Below, piece by piece: positions 23,701 through 38,700 of a DNA stretch of 64,000 nt. The notes under the pieces were generated by a model. The model did no database searches. It worked only from the letters and a program-made list of their open reading frames with translations, and was not told the origin of the DNA. The position numbers and the translations under genes are program-made. Positions within the stretch are counted from its first letter, which is position 1, and each line of letters opens with the position of its first letter. This DNA comes from Lepidodermella squamata (Eukaryota > Animalia > Gastrotricha): assembly GCA_047495785.1 (NCBI GenBank), contig JBLDXI010000013.1:4216001-4280000 (forward strand), given 5' to 3'.

Positions 23701-26700
23701 AAGGTCGTTAACCATCATTCGGGCGAAAAACCAGCCAGGTGACTTGCCGGAATTGTCGTGCCAGATTCTCAAGGTGGATAGTTTGCCGAGCGATCTCGGA
23801 ACCGTCATCAAAAAGGCATCCATGGCTCCTCGCTCGAAAACTGGTCGCTCAGTGTCGTCGAAAAGGCGAATCCTAGTTTCATCTTCATCCCCAGTCAAAA
23901 CAAAGGAGACATTAGCTGATGTTCCAGAGCCCTTCCTTTGACCGGTCCAAACGGTGATTTCATATGCATACTTGTCTCGCGGGTTATTGTCAAGCAGTGG
24001 AAGGGTTCCCCACTTTCTCTCATCATCCCTATCTTTCTTCCGCGCCCAAATCAGCACAGTGAAGTAGACCGCGAAGAGGCATATTCCAAACGAAAAGCAT
24101 ATGGGATTTTGGTCTAGCTTTGTGAATGCCGAATCACTTGGGTTGAAAGTGTTAATTGGTATGTCGAAGTTGGAGCCGAAAGAAGTCAAGTGATTGCAAA
24201 AGCATTGTGTCAAACTCGGATTCCCGCCGGCAGTTGTCAAGGGGCCAACAGAGCAGCCCGAAGTTGACCAATCGTTCTTTTCTGGATCCCAAAAGATGCA
24301 ACTCGCCGTGTATGAGTATAGCCGAATTAAAGCAGTCGCTGATTTATCAAGTAAGCTTGTCAGGGTTCGGTTAATTATGATGGTTTCCGTAAGTGATGTT
24401 CCGTACTCTGAAAGCCAAATATACAATATACAATTGTACTCCCCTTATTATGTCAATTACAGCTATTACATACCTTGATAAAGCTGTTTTAGCAAAGTCC
24501 GCAACTCCTTCATCGGAAATGCCCTAATCCCAGCAAACAAAGTTGACGAAGAATTCCTGCGACGACGTGTTAGGGGAAATAAGATGAATGAGATGATGAC
24601 TTACGTAATGTTCATTAAGCGATTTCCGAAGAAACACATGTTGGATGGCAAGGCCTGATTCTTTTTACAGCTCTTACTCGAACTTCCAATCGTAGGAGGA
24701 GGTGATGTTGTGGCCAGGTCGACAGCGTCCGGATTTGGCGTCGTAGTCTTGTATCTTACGTTAGTCCGCTTTGTAGGAATGGGTTTGGTAGTCGTGGCAT
24801 TATTATTCACAGCCGCCACAGTAGCCGTCTTTTTAGTTGTTGTGGTCGAAGTTGTAGGAGCAGGGGCGCTTTTTGCAATCGCACTCAACTCCTCTTCAAT
24901 CCTCTGTCGGGGTAGAATGCATCCTAAATTCGTTTCTGATGAGTCCTTTGGGTAGACGCCGTAGCGATTTAGGAACACAAAAATAGCCACTTCGTCTTGA
25001 GTCGGATTGATGTCAACTAGTCTCATCTTGCGACCTCCAACTTGAAGGGTAACGTTCGCAAAAGGATTCTTGCAACTAGGGTCAATCGTGATGTTACACT
25101 CAGCTTGGGAGGCTAGCTCAGTCTGAGAAAGATCATACACTTGTTCTATGTTAATGAAGACAGCTGAATCTTTCGTGGCCATCATCTTGATTGGGCGCAT
25201 AGCCGGGGCCATTTTTCGATCTTGAACGGCTGTAACTAAAACTTCTGGCTGTTTGACGTTCTTTGACTCGACCATCACTTCGATGTCCCGTTTCAGGTTC
25301 TTAACGATAACCTCTGCCCCATTTTCATCGACCATAGTCAAAGATTGGACCCAAGAGTTGAGATTTACGGCGTTCTGTTGCAGTGAAGCGTAAGTGTTTC
25401 CTGAATTCATGGATGCTTTGATGTTGATCTTAATGCTGTTGAACAACTCGGTATTATTGGGGCTTTCTCCCAAGGCAACTAATGAAGGTGTGACTGTGGG
25501 ACCGAAAGTCTCACCAACGTCGCCCAGTGTGAATGAGCCGCAGTCATCATCCGCTCCGCTTGATAGCACCGCTAAATATGAAACAAAATAATTTGTAGGT
25601 ATGAGATTGGGTCGTTTATCACCATTGTTAAGATTGCCGATGAAATTGGACGAAAGCCTCATTTTACTGGTACTCCCGCCGATAACCGATGGCGTCTCTT
25701 GGACGCCTTTCCGCAACAAAACCAGAGTCATTATTCTCTAAAAGCAAAAATATGCTAATAAATATCTTCAATGTTAAAAAGCAACCTCTTGTAGATCAAG
25801 GAATTCGATGATCATTTCTGTGTTTTCTGGGGACTGCTTTGATTTCTCGACCGTTGAGTCCGGAAATGCAGAAGTCGTCGTTCTCAGCGGATTTTCAATC
25901 GGTTCGTATTCAGCCGCGAAATCCATGAGCTCTGAAAACATGCCGAATGCATTCACACAAGCACTAGAAGCTGCGTCCATATCATTAGGGTCGATCGAAT
26001 CGTCTGCGGACAGTCGCTCCAGCACTTTAACAGCAGGTTCGAAAGCGGCAAGTATAGCTTGCTGAAACCAATCGCAAAGTAATGGAAAAGCCGAGTATTT
26101 TAGAAATACTCACTCTGAAAGAAATAGAAACTGCCTGTTCACGAGCACTTTGCAACAATACCAGGAGCGAGCAGTAGCTTTTTGCTGAATTCACGCTCTT
26201 GTTTGAAGCTCCAACTGTTTTAATCCATTCGGCAATTGAGCGGCGCATCTAAAATAAATAAGTGATATGGCATCGAACAGCTCTTTCACATAGAAACCTC
26301 TCGAAGTGCTGAAATTTCGTATTGGTACCGTTGGAAGTCTTTGTCGATGTACTGTTTTTCGTCTTCACGAATGTAATCACTCAAAGACTGGTTATCTGAA
26401 ATACAAATGATGATATGACCAAGTCACGAAGTCTGTCGGCATCTCCGAACTTATCAAATCCCAATCTCCCGTATATGGCTCTTGAAGATCGAAGCCATTT
26501 ATCGACATCACCATCGGAATCAAGTTAGACACAAGCAGGTCTGGGCTCAGATTAGTTGCGTATCCAGCCATTGCCTGGACTTGTGCCTCAAGTACCGGTA
26601 AGTCACGAACCGGCGAGATTTTCACACCGGAAAAATCGATATAGGCAACCGCATCCACAGAATCATAGCAGTAAGCTCGGATGATCAGGGAATAGTTTTG

Positions 26701-29700
26701 TGATTCCAGCCCAGACGGAAGGACAGTTTGATTCAAAAAAGGCGTTGTTTGTGCTACAGGTGTCAGATATATTGGGTCGCATGTCGGACATTGATACGCC
26801 ACAAATGTGAACTTTTTGAGAACCAAGTCTTCTTGATCGCTGAAACCACTGCACCTGATATCGAAATTAGTTGTCAGGGCATAACCTTCCTTTGGAGAAA
26901 CGCGACAAGAGGCTACAGTAGCATTCGGAGGACTGTCGATATACATTACTGCCATTGATCTACCAACCCTAGTGCCGCCTGACATTTTAGCCTCTGATAC
27001 AACAACAAATGCCCGCCGATATTGCTTCGGCCCGAAGGCGTTTGGGTCGAAAGTTATGTCTGGCCCCGATTTTCCGGTCGATGTCAGAAGAGTCCAATTT
27101 GACAATGTTTCAAGCGAAGATGCGTCTCTATCTTCGTCGTAGAAAGATGACGCAATGAACTCGAGATAGAATATCTCGGGCGCACCATCGGGGATGGGAA
27201 TAAACAGCCAATTATAGCGGTATATTCTACCAATAATTTTGTTGTCTATTGTTCGCCGAAACGCCATTCTAGCCGCCGGATTCATCAAACAGCCGACGCG
27301 ATAACTTGTCCCGCAATTCGCCAATGGAATTACTCCACCAGATGGCGGCTCTCCTTTCTCAAGTCGAACGCTTTGAACAGCGTAGCTCATTCTTTTGGTC
27401 GATCGATCGAAAACAACAGCTAGCATGTTGAAGGTTTCGTTTTCAAACATGTATGACGTAGTTAAAGCAACTGTTCCATCTGCTTTTGTATAGTAAGCAG
27501 TTATGTTGTAGGTCTTCGGTTTGCCATCTTCATCCTTGAATATCAACGAGCGAACAAAACGCGGAAGGTTTATAGATGGAGCTAGTTCTTTCGCAGGATA
27601 AGGAAAATTCGGATCTTCCTTTGAATGCCAGCCCTGGTAAAAACAACCAGGTAAGTTTTTGCCCATTTTCTCTTCTTCGGCATCCTTTGCGGGACATGCA
27701 GTTGGTTTCCATTGTTGAGGATTATTCACAAAGCTGTCCGCCTGAGCATAAGTCTGAAATTGCGGCCAATTACCCTCACAGGCCCTCTTGCAGTAGAGAT
27801 GAACCTCGAGCGGTGTACTGAGTTCGTCAGGATCGTAACTGTTCTTGCGAGCATTCACCAAATGAATTTGACCAGACCCGAAAATTCCATCCACATAAGG
27901 CGGTAAAGGATTGAATTTTGCCACCAAAGGTGTTCGGCGGACCTCTGTCACGAATTGGACTATTGTAGCCATGTCCTCTTCTTCCGGCATGTCAAGAGCG
28001 AGAGTGAAACGGTAAAAACCAATAACAAGAGTGCGCTTCTCATACGACAGCGAAAAGTCGCGAACTTGGGACTTGCCTTTTACCTCTGTGAACCGATTGA
28101 ATCTGAGATTTTTTGGTACCATGGCCAGAGTTATGTTGTCCCATGGCCCTTCTTCCGACGCTGAAAACTCAACAGTCCAGTTTTGAGTGAGAATGAGCGT
28201 ATCAGTGCAGTTAAGCTTTCCCGTGGCGAAAATATCCAATGGTTGACTCCGAAATACATATTGTATCTGCGGAACATTAGCTATTGGCTCAGTGCATGGC
28301 CCATTTGTGATTTTCACGCGTTTTTTCAAAACATTTGGATGCGTTTCCCAATCAACATTGTCGACAACATTCCGTATGCTCGCTTGGACTTTGAAGGAGC
28401 CCTTCTTTGTGTAATTAGCGTAAATCGTTACTTTGTTGTTTTTCAGATCTTCGCTCGATATTTGCTTAAGTGTGGCTAAAAGATTACGCTCATAGAACAT
28501 CGTGCAGGTATACTCGGACCCGAAGAGTGCCTGCTGTCCTCCGATAACACGGTCCGAACCATAATCGATAAAGATGCAAGCTGGAAAAAGAGTGTTTATA
28601 TCGAAATTTTAGTCGATATTTTAGGTGTAGGGCACTTACGATCAGTAGCGAGTTGATCGGAAATGATCTCGATTTTTAGCAGATTGTTGCGTATTTCAGG
28701 GCTGTATTCGATTAGCTCAGGGTTGATAGTCCGGTCTTGAACGAAGAATGGAGCTTCCGCAGCGACACTATCGAACGGGCTGCTCAAGTTCATGCTAGCT
28801 GTCATTCCACAGTTTTCGAGGTACTGACCACACCTCGTGACTATTTTGAACTTGTGGGTTGTATTTAGCGCAGTTGGCTCAAAGTCCACGGGACAGTCAG
28901 ATAGCTGCCCGTCGCCAAAAACCCAACATACTTGAAACAAGGCACCGGAGGGGGCATTCGAGTAGAGCATGACCTCGGTATTACTAGGCAAGTAATTCTT
29001 AGATTTTCCCAAGGGCTGATACCAAGGAGATGTCTCATTATCGCGGAACTTGAAATACAAAGCGAGGTCTGCTGGTACCATGTAATAGATCGGCATCAAT
29101 TTTCGAAACGTTTTCCGAGAAATCGAATTGGCCATGTCGATTTTGATTTGGAAAGCATCAGACAAGTAATAAACATGGCTGAACTGCCGGCAAGCCTTGA
29201 GAGACCCTTGTATAATCGATGCAAGGCTGTCATCGCAATCAAAAATCGGAAAATCAGTAACAGAATCATCGCCGAAGTACAGCTGAGCTCGAATATCGCT
29301 TGCTACAGGTTCGGATGTATTTGACCACACAGTCAATACTACAGGATTCGTCGCAAAACTACCACTACCAGACGGTATGAGCTGTCCGTACTTTGGCGAG
29401 GTGGTGAGGGCAAATGCAAAGTCGGTGATGCCATATTCAACCTTGATTTTTTGATCCAACGCGACTGGGCCAGCTTTACTGATGCTATTCTCAGCGTACA
29501 CCAGTGGTTGGTACATCCCTGGCTTACGGAAATTGACAATAGTGCTTACTGTCGTTTGATTAGAAACATTGATAAAACCAGAATCAGTCGCATTATAGAC
29601 GATTCGGTACCGCCAAGGTACGCCATAGTCAATGCTGACGCTGACATTAGTATCGTCTCCAACAGCGAGGTAAATTGGGCCAAGGTTTGTAAACTTCAAG

Positions 29701-32700
29701 CCCTCGAGAATTTCCGCAAACTCGACATAATAAGTTTGTGAAAAATTGTAGATGGTCACGTTGTTAGTGATGGTAAGTACTATCGGGTAGATACCAGCTT
29801 TATTCCACGACTTGGTCAAGGTGGTCAAATTAGCATTAAAGTCTCCTGAATTTGGAACGTTGGCTGAAAATGAATCCTCGATGACATCGCCGTCCCAGAA
29901 AATAACTTGGTACTCTGGATGGGCAGGGTATTTCGGGTAGTCGACTGCTGGCCCGTTATAGTTGAGCACGATCCTAGCTACAGCAGCTGCATTTCTCGGC
30001 AACGGGTTCGGATAGGACACAAATAAGTTGAAATTTTTCGCAGGATTCTCGACACCAACAGATATTGAAGTCGACTTGCTGCTCACGTTATTCGCCATGG
30101 TAAAATCCACTCTGTAAGCCCCGATAAGATCCCACGTGTATTGAAGGTCTGAGTACAAGTCATTGGCTGAGAAGTAACTGAAATACTTCGAGGTCGTAGT
30201 CGACCCTGTGGAAGATTGGAAAGTTACAGTCAACAAGCAGCGGCTGCAATTTGAAGCTGAAACAACAAATTGAACTGGTTGGTTCCTCAGCGTGCCGTAT
30301 TCCTTAGTTTGATTCGAGGTAACAGTCAAACTTGTGATGGCCGTCTCAACGTAAATGTATTGCTCAACAGTTACAGGTTCAGAGACAATGTTGGACACTG
30401 TAATTGCGATCTTGTGATTGCCCTGAGCCCCATCTATCCCAACAAGTGTTCCTGGAACCATGAATGAGGTGTTTTTGGCGACGTTATCATAGCTGATCTG
30501 CAGAGGAATGTCATTAAAAGACGCGTTCATCCAGGCGTAGGAACCGTCCGTGTATTTCGCCATCGCAGAGATGTTTTTGCCATTTGCGATGACAGAAGGT
30601 ACACTCAAAGATAGGCCAGCAACCGGTTTTTGCACAAACGTTGAGACAGAGCTGTAAACTGATGATCGCCATTGAATTTGGGTTGAATACGTCCCCTCAG
30701 CAAGATACCCGTTTAGAGGAGCCTGGCTGACACCTAGAATTGTTTGGCAACCAGAAAACTCAATCTGGTAGGTTGGCTGGGTGACCCATGATTTTGGGAC
30801 GATTCTTATCTTACGAGAGATCAGATATCTTGGGAAACGAACGGTGGCCATACCGTCGACGTCGTAAACTATCGCGAACGATGACAGCCCGGGAAAACAA
30901 TCAGTCAAAGAATCTGTAAGCCCACTCGAGCAATCAAAGGCTACTGAAGTCACGTAACCACTAGATGCAGAATAGTTCATCGATATCGTGAAACTGTGGA
31001 GCGCAAACATGTAGGAAAATTCAATAGTCAAATATTCCGATGGAGAGGACGGCTGGAAACCGCTGCCTTTTCGGTCTAGAATTATGTTTTCCGGCTGGTA
31101 TGTTGTATAATTTCCAGTAAAAAGTGTCTCAGATGCGAATGTCTCCAGAATATTGCTCCAACAACGGGTATCACTCGATCCATCACTGACAAACACGTCA
31201 GCACTCCCGTTTGACGCCATCAGCTCAGCTGAAAATCGGTCAATCACGTCTGAATATAGGGTGCATCGATCTCCATGGTATTCAAATGTGTTGCAGGGTT
31301 TAGGTACTGAGCTCGTCAGACATGCCAAGGCACAATCATCAGGCGTCAACGTTGATGGCTTCTGGCAAATTGTTTGCATCGGCTGTGATGTTGCTGAAAT
31401 TGAGGACCACTGATCAGTAGTTGCAGTTAGCATTACGCGAGCGTTCTGACTGTTTGAAGGCTGACTTGGGTTGTATACTAATCGACCTGCCGCATCTTTC
31501 AAAGGTTGACCGGTTTTAACAAACTGCCCGAGAGCGATTGGAGAAGAGGATGAGACAAGTTGCCGTAGAACGACCGCTTCGGAAGATGAGCTGATCGATA
31601 CCGGGAATCCGCCTAAAAGTTGGCAATAGGATGATGCGACGTCCGGCTGAGAGAGACCCGTCGTCGACGCTTCTATCTCGCTCGATTTGAAACAGGATCC
31701 ACCCCATATAGTCCAGCCAATCGGGCATTTAGATGCGGGCGTTTGGCAAATGTACGGTAAGGTTTGCGAACAGGGCAGAACTTTCAAGCCGCCCTCAGCG
31801 AAAATTGCTAAACATCCTGACCCACTGAGATTCGGAATGTAACCAGGTGCCCAATCGAAATAGGGTGACTTGTTAATCGGTGGTAATCCAGTTGTTAAAT
31901 CGCTCGGAAGAGCCAATTTCCCGCTAGAAATCACGAAACCGGTCCACACCCCAGCAGCTGGCCCGTTCCACTGTAAGCGCGTGAAAAGCATGGACATTGC
32001 AAGTCTCCATTCCTCTCGAGATGATGGGGCTATTAATGAACCACCGAACGTGCTCAAGCAAAGACTAGCTGATTGCTGGTTCGTGGAAGTAACTGTAACA
32101 TTAGGTTGCGAGTAGCAAGTACCATTCCGGTGGATCATGGACGAAACAGGGCAAGATCCAGCGAAAGTTCTTCCATAAACAGTGTCAGCTGGGTTTTTGG
32201 CGCAAATAAACGGCAGCTGGGATGTAGCAGCGGTTACAAGCCAAGAGGCTGAAGCAGAAACTAATTGAGCCCCGCTTATGGCTGGAGCAGCTAGGGGAGT
32301 TGAACCAGAGCCACCCCAGGCCGCAAACGTGGCTAACTTGCCAGAACCATCCAGGTTTAGCCAGCTGTTCGACGATCCACCAGTAGCTAGCCCAAACCAC
32401 GCCCCGTCAATTCCCGCAGATCTATACAATATAAAGTCTCAATTAATAAGGAATAAGGAGTGATAGAACTGCAAGACTAACCGAGTGAGATTCGAGAGAA
32501 GATCGTTAATTTCGACGCTAGTTATCGCAGCCAGAGATCCACCAAAGGAGGAAGTGCAGTACTGACTCGCAGCGTCCAAAGGCATTGATGCATTGATCAC
32601 CCTGTAGCACATTCCGTTGTTTAACGACCAGTCCATGGGGCATGAAAGTGGAATTGCCCCGATTCGATTGAACTTCCGACTAGCAATTCGACTGAAAAAT

Positions 32701-35700
32701 CGTGACGGCTTTGTATCTATAAGGTAGGGTCGTTCGCAAATCGCTGCGAGTTGGGTGGTACATGGTGTGTCGACCAACGCCCCTGATGATGAATTTAATG
32801 CGAAGCAACTCGATGATCCAGCTGCAGCCGATCCGAGACGGTAGACATTGCCAGAAGAATCAGCTGAGATTGAACCATTACCTCGCCATGTTGCAACATG
32901 GTATCGGACTGTAGCGGCGGATTTTGCAAGGTTTGAAATGACGGCCAATGAAGAGGCATCTTTCAGTGACGCAAGAGAAGCTCCGTTTAATTTGCACTGT
33001 TGAACAGCTGAATCGAAGTTGAACGACCAAGTCGGAAAGGCCCGGAAACAACTGCCCCCATACACAGTCCAGTTGCCGCCATCGTTTCCGCATAGTTTAT
33101 AGTCTAAAGTTAAACACAATCGAAAAATTAATACAGAAAATGTTCATGTTTCTCACTTGATGATGGCATCTGGCAGACGTATGGTAGCTTTTTCGAACAC
33201 AAGTTGGCTTGAAGCTTAATTGACGGTGCTAGAAGAGATACGCAATCGTTGTTAGCCGTTGATCCGGTAAGATCGTCAAGCTGCTGAAGAGCAGGGTCTT
33301 CATTTAGCTCAGTAACCCAAAAGTTGCCAGTATTTCTCAGCCGAGACAAGCCAGTCCAGATTTCGGAAACACCTCCGCCGATGTAAGATGAGATGGATTG
33401 CCATGTTGCGGCCTTTGAGGGAAAAGCTAAGGTAGCGCCCAAGGCTGCGCATTGATATTGCGCCTCTCCATACGTCGAGACCTTCGGCATGTAGACAACG
33501 CATAGGCCATTCCCGAGCAACGTCCAGCCAGGCAAGCATGTGCCTCCCTTCAATATTTCATCACCCGTTCGAATCATGAATGCCGTAACATTCGGATCGT
33601 TGTAGTTGATGGTCAAATTCTTCGGAGCAACTACAAAGAGAAAGCTAGTCGGGCAAAAAAAGATAATTGAAACTTGCTATTCGAAGTGGCTGCGGCGTAA
33701 GAGTATACGGTAATTGTCTGGTTCTGACCGGGTACTATAGCGGGCGGATTTTGGAGCTGAAGTTGAACGTTGTTGATCGGATTATAAACCGTGACGGCGA
33801 ACTTGAATATACAAATAAATAATTAGTCTTATTGGACCTTCAAAAAGAAAACTCACGTCAAAAGTGAAATCGCCAAGCTCGTTCCAGACTCGAACTTTGC
33901 CGCTGTAATCACCTGCATCTGGAAAGAAGCGAGTTATCGGGTTGGTATTATTTGCCGGGTCCCAATATAGCGCTTGCAAGGGATCGTTGCCCCATGCGAT
34001 CTCATAGTTACATCCGCAATTGAATTTTCGGGTGAGATAGATAGCAACCGCCGTTTGGGCATAAGCGACCCCACTCGGTGGAACGAATGTAGGTTTCTGA
34101 CAAGGAGCCGTAATTCTGATGATTTGAGAAACAGCCAAAACATTATCGGGGAACGACGCGTCCGCGGCAGTCGCGTAGAAGGGCACATTTCCGCAAGTAC
34201 CTTGCCAATTGATAGCCATCACAAAGTTCACGGAATGTACAGCAAAGGCCCGAATCATCGGAATGAAGTTGTGAGCCTATCAGGCTTACTAGTAATTAGT
34301 AGTTCGAAAATAAACTTTCAACTTACTGTAGTCTGACTGGGCAGGATAATGTCAGCTGAAGTGAAACTTGTTTTTGAGCTGTTTACGCTGAACGAGTTAA
34401 TGTTGCTTTGAACATAATTCAAGACTCCATTTTCGTTCAAGTTTGAAACCCATCGAATGGCCATGATGCTTCCCTCTGGAAACTCTGCTACATCAACTGA
34501 TCGTATGTAGTAAATCTGTGGACCAGTCCCAGGAAAGTTTATCCCGTATTCCGTAACAAATTGGTATTGAATAGGAGTCTGTGGGCCTTTGAAGTAATTT
34601 TTGATTGGGGCTATCCAGACCCTTGGGCTCTGTACCGAACAGCATCCATTTCCAAAATTGCAAACTTTATAGCCGTTTGGACACGTCAAAGCATTGTAAG
34701 GAGCTTGCTTTGCACAGACAGTGGTATTGCTTATGCAGCTGTAACTTTTCATGCAGAAAACAGTGCCAGAAACAGAGCAGAGCGGGGCCCAGAATTGTAC
34801 GAAAATCTTGCCCCCAACAAGCATACTTGGAAAATTTTCGCAATGATAGCATATGAATCTTGTAAAATCCCAACTTACTCTGCCTCTATGGCATAAACGC
34901 TTGCGTATGATTGCAAGGGGAAATTAGACAGAAGGAATATTCTGTTTTTGGCTGTCGTAGTGTTGCTGGTCAAACTAACTGGGCTTCCCGAGCTGTTCGT
35001 ATATGGTTTGATAAGTCCGTACTCTTTTCTCTCCGCTGTAACGAACAGCAGGTCCGAGGTAATTATATTTTTTCTTTAAGTAACATACCAACTAATTTTG
35101 TTTTGTATTGACGCCGCTCTGGTCCGAATGGTCCGTAAGTAGTGTTGACCGTCAAGTTGGAACCTCCAACAAATCGCAGCAGACATTTGACAGTTTGGCC
35201 AGCTGGACTGTAATTCGGGCAGCTTGCGAGAGTAATCGATTTTGTCCTCGTTTCAAGCTGTAAAAATCTCGTAGTTGTCGTCTCACTTCCCTCAGCATCA
35301 GTAGCAACCAAGACCAGCTTCTGACCGCCGATTATCCTTGGAGAGTAGATGAATGAGCTCGACTTCTTGATTACTAAAGGCTCCCCGTACGGTACAGCTA
35401 GTCTTGAAAATCCTACTTTGTAAACATAGAGGCGATAGATGACCCCCATGCCTGTATCTCGGAAAGTGTCGATGAAGTATGGCATAAATTGTCCAGCTCG
35501 GACGTTATCGGGCCAACTTTCAGTTCCGTTGATCAAATCTGCCGATAAGCTGTACTTGAGACACATGGCAGTCACAAAGCTTGTCGGTACGATTCTGATG
35601 TAGCGAGCAACAATTGGAGTTTCAAAATTATGCGTGATATCCGAGGATGGCGCGGTCAAGATGGGCATAACTACTGAAGTTGGCGTTGTTGAGGTTAATT

Positions 35701-38700
35701 GCACGGCGCCAGAACTTCCATTTTGAGCTGTCGTATTCGACCAAGTGTAAGTTGCCCAACTAACGCCATCCGAGCTATACTGGACCTGGTAAGTTCTAAC
35801 GTAAGAACTGGACGAGGAGCACCCAGTTAGACGGACAGATGTGAAGGAAACTTGGTAGCCGTAGTCGACTTGAATAAACTCGGTACCGTTGTTCGTGCTA
35901 CGTCCACACCAGCATGTTCCTGATGTGGTGGCTTGGGCATCGACTGGGCTGGTTACAGGCGCGGAAGAAGTGATATACGCATCGGTGATGGCCCCAGATC
36001 CGGTTTTTAGCGCGTACATCGAGAAATCAGGATCGAACTCGCAGACGAATGACATGAGGTGAAAGCAATGTGTTACCCTCCACTGAAATAGGGACTTGGC
36101 ATCCGAGTAGACGCATGGCGCAGCGAAATCAGGCTTCTGCAAATCAACATCCATTGCAAAGAAACTTGATTGAAATTCTGTAACATTAGTGCCATCGGTA
36201 TTTGACCACATAGGACCGAAATCAGTCATCTTCATTCCAATCCAGAACCCATTATAACTGCGGTGAATGCAATGATCACTCGTGGCTTAAAATTTCAATG
36301 CACTTACTTGAGCGATGTAAGATTTCTTAACAGCTGCAACTGGGCAAAGTTTTCTATCGTTGCCAGGTGGCCATTTTTGCTGCCCGGATATTTGTTACAA
36401 TAAACCTCGGCATCGTCAAAAGTCTTCGGCTCGTCACGGGGCAGGAAACAGCTTTTATATATAAGCTGAGCATAGGGTGGACAAACTGCAGTAAAATAGG
36501 ATTCTTTTAGTTTGTAACGCAAACCAATTGAAGGTACTACCGTCAATAGATGGCGAAAGAATCTTACAGAGGCCAAGAGGGGCGCTAAACCCGGAATCAA
36601 TCGATGTGTTTGTGCTGGACCACAGCTGCCAGTCAGAGCCATCTCCTCGTTTCAACATTCCCACAGCTCCAGCAGCATAACTTGCTGTATTCATAGCGCC
36701 ACCGAAAAATCCCACAGACAGCTGTCCATCATGTCTATCACATGTCGGGTCAGTGAAAGTTCCAGCTAAGCAGCCGATCCAGTAGCGTGAGGAAATTCTA
36801 ATATTTGTAAATGATTTAGTCGTCAGTCGCACTATATTGAATACTTTTAGCACTCACCCCATGATCTCAGGAATTCGATTTTCTGTTGGCCCGTCAGGGT
36901 AAAAAAGAGCGGCTTGGTTCCCGCTCAGAGTGCATGTTGCCGCCGCGGCACTGTAAGTCGCTGTGCCTTGACTTTTGAAACAGTACTGAAATAAGGGTGG
37001 AAACTGCTCCCATCCAGTGGGACACCCCAAAGGTATTATTCGGGTAATCATGAGCTGATTGACCTGTCTCGTCGCTGCTGAGTTGTAAAAAGACATGAAT
37101 TTTGAACTCGTCGCCCCTCCTTCTTCCGCCTTGTTCTTGACCGCCGGAATAGGGCACATACCAGCCTGGTGAATAATGGCTCCTGGCATCGAATCCAGAC
37201 AACGGCAAAGATAACCACGCTGAATAGCAGCGAATCTTGTGTTTGAAGACGAGCAATATCTCCGACACTTGGTTCCTGACATCGCTTGGCGATCTCCCAT
37301 AGCCTTCAATGTGTGAAGATTCAGATCTTTAGTGGCGAAACAGCCGATGTAATCAGGGTGGCCACACCATTTCATTGCTTGCTGTGTTTCAGCCGGGTTC
37401 AAGCCTCTGTCATATACCTGAAAACATTGCATCATGCCGACAAATGGGTTTTTGGATTTTGCAAAGCCCAAGGGTAGTAAGGGATTTATTCCGATTGTTA
37501 ATGAGCCCGCTGCAAATGCTGCAGTAGGTAAGGGCGCCTCGGTCGATACTGGCAACAGCGGATTGCCGTCGTAAGAAAGGAACAAATTGTCGGCCCAGAC
37601 ATCGTAATGATAACCATGGGTGTGCCATTCGAACGCTTTAGTTGGCGCCTGGTATCTCGAAGAGCCCATTGCTAACCTACTCTCAATCGACGCAGCTGCC
37701 ACAGAGCCATTGGCGTAACCACCGGTCAAAGCTCCCTGCCAATTAGCTGATCGTGCGGATGTGAAGCCGTAATCCATTCCAAATGAGTAATTAGAATGAT
37801 AAGCATTATATAAAATTGTAATGCTTTTAGTGTTTAGACTTGTTCGCAATCGGGAGGTCGCGCCATCAGCCTGTAGCAGTCAATTTTGAAGAAGATTAAT
37901 GGTTAGTTAAAACTTACAATGAAGTATTGGCTATCTCGACCGTAAAACTGGAATGCGGACAGAGGTCGGCCATCTGGACCAGTACCGAAATCAGCATCCA
38001 TAAAAATCGCATGTGGAATTTTCGCTGAATTGTCGCCTTCAGTCATGGCAGACATAGACCATAGAGCTACTGGCTCTCGATGGTGACCTGAGGTAAAATA
38101 ACATTTTAGCAGAAAGTTAAACTTCACAAGGATTAGCAATTTACCAGCTATTAGCGCGTCAACTTTTCCTGAAAGCACCTTGTCACAGTCAGCTTGTAAA
38201 TCATCCAAGTTGAGAAATGGGGTGTTGACTATAACGAGGCCTGAAAAAAGCCAAATTGCGCTGTGAAGCAATTATAAGTCTATTTTGTATCACATACAGG
38301 ACATGCGAACGGTTGATTCATTAGCAGTTGTCATGTCCAGGCCAAGGTACATTCCTCCGAATATACAAGAGGAGTTTAACGTTACGGCACCCGGATTTGC
38401 TGGTTTATCCGAAGGGCCATTATTCTTCGAATCGCAAGCAAGATCTCCGTTGAAATAAATCTGGAGGTTCATTGCATTCAGGCCAGCCGCTCTCACAACG
38501 CTCGAAACAAAAACCCAGCTATTCGGTGCGCTACTGAACAAATTATATCGGATAAAATTACAACTATCGAATGAAAGTTGAGGTTTGGCATGCTACTATG
38601 ATGCCAGATGCCAGAAGCTTATGACGCCATTGCTAGCCATCCAATTATAGGGTAACTTTGCAGTCATGTGACCAAGGGCCAAGTCCACTGGATTTTGGCT

